A stretch of DNA of 64,000 nucleotides. Origin: a virus. The translations under genes were made by a program, and so were the position numbers. The stretch spans positions 64,001 to 128,000 of IMG/VR virus record IMGVR_UViG_3300026097_001223, one strand, 5' to 3'. Position 1 is the first letter of the stretch; each line of letters begins with the position of its first letter. Under the pieces are notes generated by a model. That model was not told where the DNA came from and did no database searches. It saw nothing but the letters and a program-made list of their open reading frames with translations. This document shows positions 57,250 to 64,000 of this stretch, in pieces.

Positions 57250-58860
57250 ATGAAAAAATCTATTCTCTCCATTGGCCTATTGGCCGTGTCTCTTTCTACG
57301 TCAGCAGAAACCACTGACATAACAATTTATGTTACTCGAACACCAGTTGAACAAAGCATTGACACCAGGAGTTATACTAGAGCGGACTCTTTAGAACAAC
57401 TGGAACAGTCTCCGGGTATTAATATTGTGCAGAGCGGACCGCGTGGACAAAATACCAGCATGTTTGCACGAGGCACAGAAAGTGACCATACACTGCTTGC
57501 TATCAACGGCATGCCTATCAAAGATCATAGCACTATATCTGGCAGTGATGACATTGGACAACACAGTTTGGCTGGTATTGATCAACTGTTGTTTATACGA
57601 GGTCCAGCCGGTAGCGCCTATGGGCCCAATGCTGTAGGAGGTGCTGTTGACTTTATCAGTCGCGGCACAGGCGACAGTGTATCAGCATCAACTGGTACCT
57701 ATGGTTATAAAAATCTGTATGGCAGTAAACGTTTTGCAAAGGATTCCTTTGCTGGTAGCATTGCTGTTGAAACAGAACGTGCCAATGGCATTGATGTTCA
57801 GGACAACGGTGATCAGGACAGCTACACCAAGAAAAACATAAACCTGTATGGCAGTTGGATGCTGGATCAAGGCGACTTGTACTTGAACTATATCCAGTCA
57901 GACAATAGCAGTGACCTAGATGGATGGAACGAAACCAGTAACTGGCAGTTTGATAACACACAACTTGGCTACGAAACACAAAGTGCTCGGATCGTCTACA
58001 ATCAAGCAAATCATAAACGCATCTATGATACTTCCAGTGTGTATCTCAGCTCTGACGCTAGACTGTTGACTGAAAAAACCTGGAATCAATGGACAGTGAG
58101 CCTAGAGCACAGCAATCATGAGTACGACAGCAACAGTCGAACTGAGCAAGGGGCAGCTGTTGCTTATAATGATCAGTGGCTAAGTGCCGAATTGCGATCC
58201 GATGACACTGAGCTAGGGTCATTTGCCAGCTGGAGACTGGGCGTTTCTCACAGTGGTTTGCGAGCCAGCGTCGCCAACGGATTTAGAACCCCCAGCCTCT
58301 ATGAAGTCTACGGTGATGATTTGTATGTAGAAGAAAACACAGGCCTGCAAGCAGAATATATCACTGCATATGAATTGGGATATAGAAACAGCTGGGTTGA
58401 TACTGCTTTGTTTTTCAACCAAGAAACAGACAGGATCACATACATCACTGATCCAGAGACCTATGTAGGACAGTACACAAACAACATCAAAGACACTGTT
58501 CGTACACACGGAGTTGAAACATCTCTTACCAAAACTGTGGACGATGTTACTGTGAATTACAACTATACCTATACCTGGAGTGATGCAGACAAGCTGAGAC
58601 AGCCAGCTCACATGCACAACCTTGCTCTTTTATATGGCAGTGTAACATATAGTGCACAGTATATAGGATCGCACCTGGACACTGACAGCAACACGTTTAC
58701 TACAGTGAACATGAATGATGTGCTGTTACAGAATTTGTCTTACAAGAAAAAATGGTTCACTGTGACGGTAAATAATATCACTGATCAACAGTATCAACGT
58801 CCAGATGGGTATCAACAATACGGACGCACTATCACATTAAAGGCAGATTATGAATTCTAA
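57250..58860 (+). CDS. btuB: TonB-dependent outer-membrane receptor, BtuB-like
   Basis: Signal peptide, plug PGINIVQSGPRGQNTSMFARGTESDHTLLAING, IRGP...YGPNAVGGAV, C-terminal NITDQQY...GY...GR...YEF. Confidence 0.88.
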   Translation: MKKSILSIGLLAVSLSTSAETTDITIYVTRTPVEQSIDTRSYTRADSLEQLEQSPGINIVQSGPRGQNTSMFARGTESDHTLLAINGMPIKDHSTISGSDDIGQHSLAGIDQLLFIRGPAGSAYGPNAVGGAVDFISRGTGDSVSASTGTYGYKNLYGSKRFAKDSFAGSIAVETERANGIDVQDNGDQDSYTKKNINLYGSWMLDQGDLYLNYIQSDNSSDLDGWNETSNWQFDNTQLGYETQSARIVYNQANHKRIYDTSSVYLSSDARLLTEKTWNQWTVSLEHSNHEYDSNSRTEQGAAVAYNDQWLSAELRSDDTELGSFASWRLGVSHSGLRASVANGFRTPSLYEVYGDDLYVEENTGLQAEYITAYELGYRNSWVDTALFFNQETDRITYITDPETYVGQYTNNIKDTVRTHGVETSLTKTVDDVTVNYNYTYTWSDADKLRQPAHMHNLALLYGSVTYSAQYIGSHLDTDSNTFTTVNMNDVLLQNLSYKKKWFTVTVNNITDQQYQRPDGYQQYGRTITLKADYEF

Positions 58861-59338
58861 TATACGACTTTTTTTATTTTTAGCAGGGGCACTGTTTTTA
58901 TTTAGAATTGTGCCGCATCCTCCAAACTTTACACCTGTTATCGCGGCAACTGTGTTTGCCGCGTGTGCAGGACAGCGTTTTTGGGAAACCATGGCTGTGG
59001 TGCTACTGGCAATGTTTGTGAGTGATTTGTTTTTAGGATTACATGCTGGTATGCTGTGGGTATACGCCAGCCTGGTACTTGTGTTCGTGACCTCAAGGTA
59101 TATGAGTTTACTTGCAAGCACACTGATTGGACCTACAGTATTTTTTGTGTCTAGTAATTTTGCAGTATGGTTGAGCGGATGGTATCCTATGACCCTTGAA
59201 GGGTTGATTACTTGTTATGTGGCTGCCATACCATTTTATGCGACCAGCTTGACTGCGACAGTGTTCTATGTTATATTATTTAAAATAATGCAACGTTATC
59301 TCGCAGTAGCTCAGCAGGATAGAGCATCGGACTTCTAA
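58850..59338 (+). CDS. ECF S-component-like membrane transporter (DUF6580-like), probable cobalamin carrier
   Basis: RIVPHPPNFTPVIA, SDL..G, FFVSSNFAVW, Y.....G...CYVAAIPF. Confidence 0.75.
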   Translation: MNSNIRLFLFLAGALFLFRIVPHPPNFTPVIAATVFAACAGQRFWETMAVVLLAMFVSDLFLGLHAGMLWVYASLVLVFVTSRYMSLLASTLIGPTVFFVSSNFAVWLSGWYPMTLEGLITCYVAAIPFYATSLTATVFYVILFKIMQRYLAVAQQDRASDF

Positions 59339-59376
59339 TCCGAGGGTCGCAGGTTCGAATCCTGCCTGCGAGGCCA
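59300..59376 (+). tRNA. tRNA-Arg(UCU)
   Basis: CTCGCAG/CTGCGAG acceptor, TCGGA-CTTCTAA-TCCGA, GGTTCGAATCC, CCA. Confidence 0.92.
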
Positions 59377-59417
59377 ATTATTCCTCTTGCCGCTAAGTAC
59401 AAAAATAGGAAAAAATC

Positions 59418-59666
59418 ATGAACTTTTTTATCATAGTACTATTAAGCGGATCGGTCAATGGAGCCGAAGAGTATTTTATTGTAACTGATCCAACATTTGA
59501 AACCATGGAACAGTGCGCAGATCATGGCGTTAACAACCAAAGTTCAGTGTTACAGGGCATGTACAATGCTACGGGTAGAACAAACTGGGACACAATAGCC
59601 TGCGTTGATAAAGAAAGATTACAATACATGTTAAGAAATATAAAACCAGAAGGTATAGATGCATAA
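59418..59666 (+). CDS. Small hypothetical protein with Cys pair
   Basis: 82 aa, hydrophobic N-terminus, SD TAGGA. Confidence 0.6.
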   Translation: MNFFIIVLLSGSVNGAEEYFIVTDPTFETMEQCADHGVNNQSSVLQGMYNATGRTNWDTIACVDKERLQYMLRNIKPEGIDA

Positions 59667-60420
59667 AACTCCAGAAAACATAAGCAATTGGATAAAAACC
59701 TACGCTGAAGATGCTGGACTCGAAACTCTAGTGGTAGGTGTAAGTGGCGGCATTGACAGTGCTGTAGTGAGCACACTGTGTGCAATGACTGGCATGAACA
59801 CAGTGGTAGTGAGCATGCCTATTAGACAAAAGGACGAGCAACATGAACTCAGTGTTGATCATTGTTTGGCATTGCTTGAAAGATTTCCAAATGTTCACTG
59901 GGACACTGTGAATCTCACTGAAGCGTTTGAACAACTAGAAACACTGTTTGCAAACACGCAATACAACAGTGAATTAGCATTTGCCAACAGCCGCAGTAGA
60001 CTGAGAATGATCACACTGTACCAAATTGCAGGAAGCACTCGCGGACTTGTGGTGGGCACTGGCAACAAGGTTGAAGACTTTGGCGTTGGGTTTTACACCA
60101 AGTATGGCGATGGCGGTGTTGACATTTCGCCCATTGCAGACCTAACAAAAACTCAAGTTTGGGAAATGGGAAAAACAATCGGCGTCGATCAACGCATCAT
60201 TGATGCCAAGCCCACCGACGGATTATGGGACGATGGTCGAAACGACCAGGATCAATTAGGCGGATTGACCTATTCACAATTAGAAGAAGCCATGCGCCTA
60301 GCAGATGCAGTGCGAGCAGGTGCTCCTCTAGAAGCGCATGAAAAACGACTGCTAGACAAGTACAACGAGATTCGCAAACCAAACCTGCACAAGATGAATC
60401 CAATTCCTGTATTTAAATGA
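59659..60420 (+). CDS. nadE: NH3-dependent NAD+ synthetase
   Basis: GVSGGIDSAV, ANSRSRLRM, GTGNKVE, GFYTKYGDG, PIADLTK, KPTDGLW. Confidence 0.93.
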   Translation: MHKTPENISNWIKTYAEDAGLETLVVGVSGGIDSAVVSTLCAMTGMNTVVVSMPIRQKDEQHELSVDHCLALLERFPNVHWDTVNLTEAFEQLETLFANTQYNSELAFANSRSRLRMITLYQIAGSTRGLVVGTGNKVEDFGVGFYTKYGDGGVDISPIADLTKTQVWEMGKTIGVDQRIIDAKPTDGLWDDGRNDQDQLGGLTYSQLEEAMRLADAVRAGAPLEAHEKRLLDKYNEIRKPNLHKMNPIPVFK

Positions 60421-61007
60421 GCAACATACCAAAAAATAAAAGCGTTTTAATTTTTGCATATTTTCGAAGTGGTAGCACTGCTCTCTGTGACCAAATTGCT
60501 AAACAATTAAATGTCCCTAATTTTGACGAAGCATTTCATAACTGTTACCCTGACAGAAGAGATGAATTTTTAAAATATTATCCTAAGCGTTGTGTATTCA
60601 AAATCATGGGCGATCAAACTGGAGGGAAGTATACCGCCCAAATTAACAATGCATTCCGAGACTGCTACACTATAAAATTAACAAGACGAGATTTAGCAGC
60701 ACAATGTACAAGCTGGGTTATAAGTCAAATGGGCTACATATGGCATCAATACAAAACTATGCAAATGTCAGATTATACCATTGAAATTGACCATAAATGG
60801 TTTAAGTTATATATAAATCAAATTTTGCAAAGCAATCAACTTATTGATAGTTTTACAAGATATACCAACTTTGACAAACATTTGGTATACGAAGATTTAA
60901 AACCAATTACCGGTGACTATATAAAGCGTAAAAAACCTACTAACTACACGGAAGTATATGATTCGGTTAAAATTATCTTGGAAAGAAATCATGGATATAA
61001 CTTATGA
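60417..61007 (+). CDS. Sulfotransferase-like (Stf0-type) protein
   Basis: FRSGSTAL PAPS-binding loop, RRDLAAQ..S, YEDL. Confidence 0.65.
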   Translation: MSNIPKNKSVLIFAYFRSGSTALCDQIAKQLNVPNFDEAFHNCYPDRRDEFLKYYPKRCVFKIMGDQTGGKYTAQINNAFRDCYTIKLTRRDLAAQCTSWVISQMGYIWHQYKTMQMSDYTIEIDHKWFKLYINQILQSNQLIDSFTRYTNFDKHLVYEDLKPITGDYIKRKKPTNYTEVYDSVKIILERNHGYNL

Positions 61008-61678
61008 ATCTTGTTGTATTCGGCGACAGTTTTGCTCATGGGATTAATAAAGAACCTTATCGCATGTTAAACGAGGAAAGTAACGCACAAAGCTTTGCGC
61101 AACAGATTGTTGACCAATCTAATGTGTTTTCTGAATGTATAAACAATGGCAAATCGGGAAATAGCAACGGTTGCATTGCCCATGATGTGTACCAATATAC
61201 TCTAGAAAACAATACCAGTAACTGTTTTTTTCTTATTTGTTGGACCACTCCTTTGAGAAGACATCGGTGGAACGGGAAAACTTATGTGCCTTGTAATGCG
61301 CAAATTGCAGAATATACAAATCACAGCAGAATTTATGAAACTCTTAGAGATATTGCACTTGTAGCAAATTTCTTACAGCATAACAATATTCCATACTTGA
61401 TGACTCAAGCATTTGATGACTTAAAAAAATACACACACGACAAAACCATAATGATTCCTAACTGGATAGAATATCCAGCGCCTAATAACACACTTTTTGA
61501 CATCTGCGCAAAAAGGTGGCTCAGTGATGTTGAACACAATGATTACAAAAAAAATCATGCTACGTTTGATGTAGAGACCGAATATCTTGCTGGATGTAAA
61601 CACCCTAACAAACTAGGTCATCAGAAGATTGCAGAAACATTGTTGCCTTACATTTTACAAAAGATTTCAAAAAAATAA
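61004..61678 (+). CDS. SGNH/GDSL hydrolase-like protein
   Basis: VFGDSF, G.SG.SN, C-terminal HPN..GH. Confidence 0.7.
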   Translation: MNLVVFGDSFAHGINKEPYRMLNEESNAQSFAQQIVDQSNVFSECINNGKSGNSNGCIAHDVYQYTLENNTSNCFFLICWTTPLRRHRWNGKTYVPCNAQIAEYTNHSRIYETLRDIALVANFLQHNNIPYLMTQAFDDLKKYTHDKTIMIPNWIEYPAPNNTLFDICAKRWLSDVEHNDYKKNHATFDVETEYLAGCKHPNKLGHQKIAETLLPYILQKISKK

Positions 61679-61691
61679 CCATTATTTGTCA

Positions 61692-61720
61692 TTGACCATA
61701 CATAAAAAAACTGTTATAGT
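61692..61720 (+). promoter_or_regulatory. sigma70-type promoter of the tRNA cluster
   Basis: TTGACC-N17-TATAGT with extended TG. Confidence 0.8.
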
Positions 61721-61730
61721 TAATCATAAT

Positions 61731-61823
61731 CGAGAAGTGGCCGAGTGGCTGAAGGCGCTCCCCTGCTAAGGGAGTATAGGGTTTGTAGCCCTATCGAGGG
61801 TTCGAATCCCTCCTTCTCGGCCA
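61731..61823 (+). tRNA. tRNA-Ser(GCU)
   Basis: CTCCC-CTGCTAA-GGGAG, long variable arm, G73, CCA. Confidence 0.92.
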
Positions 61824-61836
61824 ATTTTACATATAT

Positions 61837-61913
61837 GCCGCTGTAGCCCAATTGGCAGAGGCGTCTGGTTTAGGTCCAGAAGGTTGGGGGTTCGACTCCC
61901 TCCAGCGGCACCA
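61837..61913 (+). tRNA. tRNA-Leu(UAG) lacking the long variable arm
   Basis: GCCGCTG/CAGCGGC, TCTGG-TTTAGGT-CCAGA, 5-nt variable region, A73, CCA. Confidence 0.85.
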
Positions 61914-61920
61914 TACATTT

Positions 61921-61995
61921 GCGGGTGTAGCTCAGTGGTAGAGCCCTTCGTTGCCAACGAAGCTGTCGTGAGTTCGAATCTCATCACCCGCTCCA
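61921..61995 (+). tRNA. tRNA-Gly(GCC)
   Basis: GCGGGTG/CACCCGC, CTTCG-TTGCCAA-CGAAG, U73, CCA. Confidence 0.93.
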
Positions 61996-62059
61996 CTTAG
62001 AGATATATTCTTTATGTTGAACACAATTTTAATAAAATTTTTTAAAGTTTACATTTATA

Positions 62060-63091
62060 ATGCAATTATCTGATATACAAAGCTTACAATGTGAAATTAC
62101 ATCCTACTGTAATGCAAGATGTCCGCAGTGCCCTCGTTTTGATCAATATGGTAATCTTTATCCTGGCTTGACATTGCAGCACTGGAATCACCGTGATATT
62201 TTAGCAAACATAGATCTTGATCAACTAACCGGTCTAAACTTGGTAAGGATAGAAGGCGACAAAGGCGATCCTGTGATGCATCCAGATTGTTACGATATTG
62301 TAAAATTCTTTGTGCAAGCTCCTAGTAAGCCACTGGTAAGATTGGTTACAAATGGCAGTATTCAAACAGAAGATTGGTGGCACAATCTAGGTGAACTCAG
62401 TAATGAAAATAACTTTGATGTGATTTTTAGCATTGACGGGTTGGAAGATACAAATCATATCTACCGTATAAACACCGACTACAATAAAATCATGAGAAAT
62501 GCCCGTGCATTCATAAATGCGGGCGGGCAAGCTATTTGGAAGTTTTTGGTCTTTAAGCACAACGAACATCAGCTTGATACAATTACCACTCTTGCACAAA
62601 CCATGGGCTTTGCTGCAATTCAAGTTAGAAAGGCCGACGACTATAGATTTCTTGGCAACAAAAGTTTTGTTGTTTACGATAAAGGAAACCCAGTTGGAGA
62701 AATTGAACCTAGCAATATACCAAGAGAACAACTGTTGTATTTTAAATGGTTTAACCAAGAAAAAGAATTTATTCCTAGACATGAGATAGACAAACATTGT
62801 GTTTGGATGAGTCAAGGTAAAATGAACATTACGTTTCAAGGCTATCTCATGCCATGCTGTATGATGCATCATGTGCTCAATGACGTAGACAAAGATCTGG
62901 TAAAACAGACTGTTGAACTCATGCACAATCCCAATGATTTACTTTTGACAAAACACACCGTCGGTACTATACTGAATAGTAAATTTTATAAATATAATCT
63001 AGAAACTCATCTCCAAAGTACTAACCTGCATCCAATTTGCGAAACCAACTGTAGATCACAGATAAAGGACAAACTAATTGCAACTGACTAA
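62060..63091 (+). CDS. Radical SAM protein with C-terminal SPASM-like Cys
   Basis: CNARCPQC, GDKGDP, VTNGS, SIDG, HCVW...MPCC...C...C. Paralogue of 31023. Confidence 0.85.
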   Translation: MQLSDIQSLQCEITSYCNARCPQCPRFDQYGNLYPGLTLQHWNHRDILANIDLDQLTGLNLVRIEGDKGDPVMHPDCYDIVKFFVQAPSKPLVRLVTNGSIQTEDWWHNLGELSNENNFDVIFSIDGLEDTNHIYRINTDYNKIMRNARAFINAGGQAIWKFLVFKHNEHQLDTITTLAQTMGFAAIQVRKADDYRFLGNKSFVVYDKGNPVGEIEPSNIPREQLLYFKWFNQEKEFIPRHEIDKHCVWMSQGKMNITFQGYLMPCCMMHHVLNDVDKDLVKQTVELMHNPNDLLLTKHTVGTILNSKFYKYNLETHLQSTNLHPICETNCRSQIKDKLIATD

Positions 63092-63305
63092 TTTATTAAA
63101 ATGGCTGGCTACTGGGATACTGGTAATAGGCACTATATTTAACGCCCTTGGGTATTACCCACTCGGGCCGTATATTCTAGCAACAGGTGGATATGTATGG
63201 CTAATAGTTGCAATTCGTTGGCGTGACTGGGCACTTATACTAACTAATGCTGTAATGAGTACAACAGGATTAGCACTAACACTGTACACAGTGTATTTTA
63301 CATAG
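63078..63305 (+). CDS. Small multi-TM membrane protein
   Basis: 75 aa, three hydrophobic segments. Confidence 0.65.
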   Translation: MQLTNLLKWLATGILVIGTIFNALGYYPLGPYILATGGYVWLIVAIRWRDWALILTNAVMSTTGLALTLYTVYFT

Positions 63306-63317
63306 GAAAAACAACAA

Positions 63318-64000
63318 ATGAAAATATCAAAAATCCCAGGGCTGGGTAGATTTGGTGTATTCATCGACGACGTCGATTTTAAAAATATCACAGATGAAGA
63401 ATGGATGGAAATCGGCAAGATCCATTTAGACAGTCTGGTAACCATAATTCGGAACACAAAGCTGGATCCCGATCGCTACAATGAATTGATGTTAAAGTGG
63501 GGCACTCCCCGAGGCGTAGAAAACTTTAATGTATACAAAAAATATGGTATTAACAGCGGAAAAGAGTTTTACGAAAGATGCTTTGCCGAAGATCCCACTA
63601 TTGACCAAAAGCACCGAGAGTGGGGGAAACATCTTTACAGACTAAGTCATCGTCCTGCTCTTTTACGTGTTTCTGGCAAACTGGACGAAGACGGAAATCC
63701 AATTGGCATGTTTGCTGAGGGCGAGCTGTTGTGGCACAGTAATGAGTCTGGTAACTTAACCTTTACGCCGGGTGTGAGTCTATTAGGCCAGGAAAACATG
63801 ATTGGGTCATCCACTGGGTTTGTAACCACAGTTGATTGGTATGAATCGCAGTCAGATAGTTTCCGCAGCGAGCTGGATGAAATGATTGTGCTTCACAAGT
63901 TTACTCCGGGCAAAGTGAATCCAGGCCTGAGAGAAGAACAAGATGTTCTCATGCGAGCCATGTGTGTAGCAGACGATACTGAAATTCCAATGGTAATGAA
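63318..64000 (+). CDS. TauD/TfdA-family dioxygenase, 3'-truncated (absent from ORF track)
   Basis: Open frame MKISKIPGLGRFGVFIDDVD...GMFAEGELLWHSNE...GSSTGF.TT..WY, running off the window. Confidence 0.75.
   Translation, partial: MKISKIPGLGRFGVFIDDVDFKNITDEEWMEIGKIHLDSLVTIIRNTKLDPDRYNELMLKWGTPRGVENFNVYKKYGINSGKEFYERCFAEDPTIDQKHREWGKHLYRLSHRPALLRVSGKLDEDGNPIGMFAEGELLWHSNESGNLTFTPGVSLLGQENMIGSSTGFVTTVDWYESQSDSFRSELDEMIVLHKFTPGKVNPGLREEQDVLMRAMCVADDTEIPMVM

Noticed and set aside
52985-60420. Host chromosomal DNA or prophage boundary
   Set aside because: tctAB, btuB and nadE are interleaved with phage-type small ORFs, the same promoter style and paralogue families. No integrase or att site is seen. 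Read-level confirmation is still advisable.
61837-61913. Amber suppressor tRNA / stop-codon recoding
   Set aside because: Anticodon UAG reads CUA (Leu), not UAG. Several genes end normally at TAG and core genes are uninterrupted in code 11.
61766-61996. Minus-strand 76-aa ORF
   Set aside because: It is the reverse complement of the tRNA cluster.
2696-63829. Numerous 60-180-aa antisense ORFs inside long genes
   Set aside because: They lie opposite well-supported CDSs and have no motifs or RBS, so they are treated as shadow ORFs.
1-64000. CRISPR array or long tandem DNA repeats
   Set aside because: No regularly spaced direct repeats seen. The only periodicity is protein-level, in 40008..42005.
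1-64000. Eukaryotic giant virus origin
   Set aside because: SD sequences, sigma70 promoters, bS21, PAAR, lipoproteins and TonB receptor all indicate a bacteriophage.

Overview
The window is a gene-dense, roughly 41% GC (by eye) segment of a large lytic dsDNA phage. It looks T4-like or jumbo: there is a PAAR gene, and it uses sigma70-type early promoters and TAAATA late promoters. The host is probably an aquatic Proteobacterium. Core genes: UvsW helicase, gp62-like clamp-loader subunit, a 195-aa DnaE-like polymerase core, primase, DnaB/gp41 helicase, exonuclease, NrdAB with glutaredoxin, UvsE, and head and tail proteins. Accessory genes are wedged among these: seven radical SAM/SPASM paralogues, three glycosyltransferase-like paralogues, UDP-glucose dehydrogenase, an amidinotransferase, several Fe/2OG oxygenases, sulfotransferase and SGNH-like proteins, a bS21-Hsp20-ClpS block, TctB/TctA, NadE and five tRNAs. 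The most notable observations are: (1) a cobalamin riboswitch with an intact kissing loop upstream of btuB and an ECF-like S-component gene, between two tRNAs; (2) a 3'UTR hairpin whose loop is antisense to the leaders of several early genes (candidate phage sRNA); (3) repeated TAAATA-N5-ATG, apparently leaderless, late genes; (4) a ROSE-like thermometer on hsp20; (5) the mini-DnaE; (6) a probably head-packaged nucleotidyltransferase/ligase-like fusion. All calls come from reading motifs by eye. No database searches were run.
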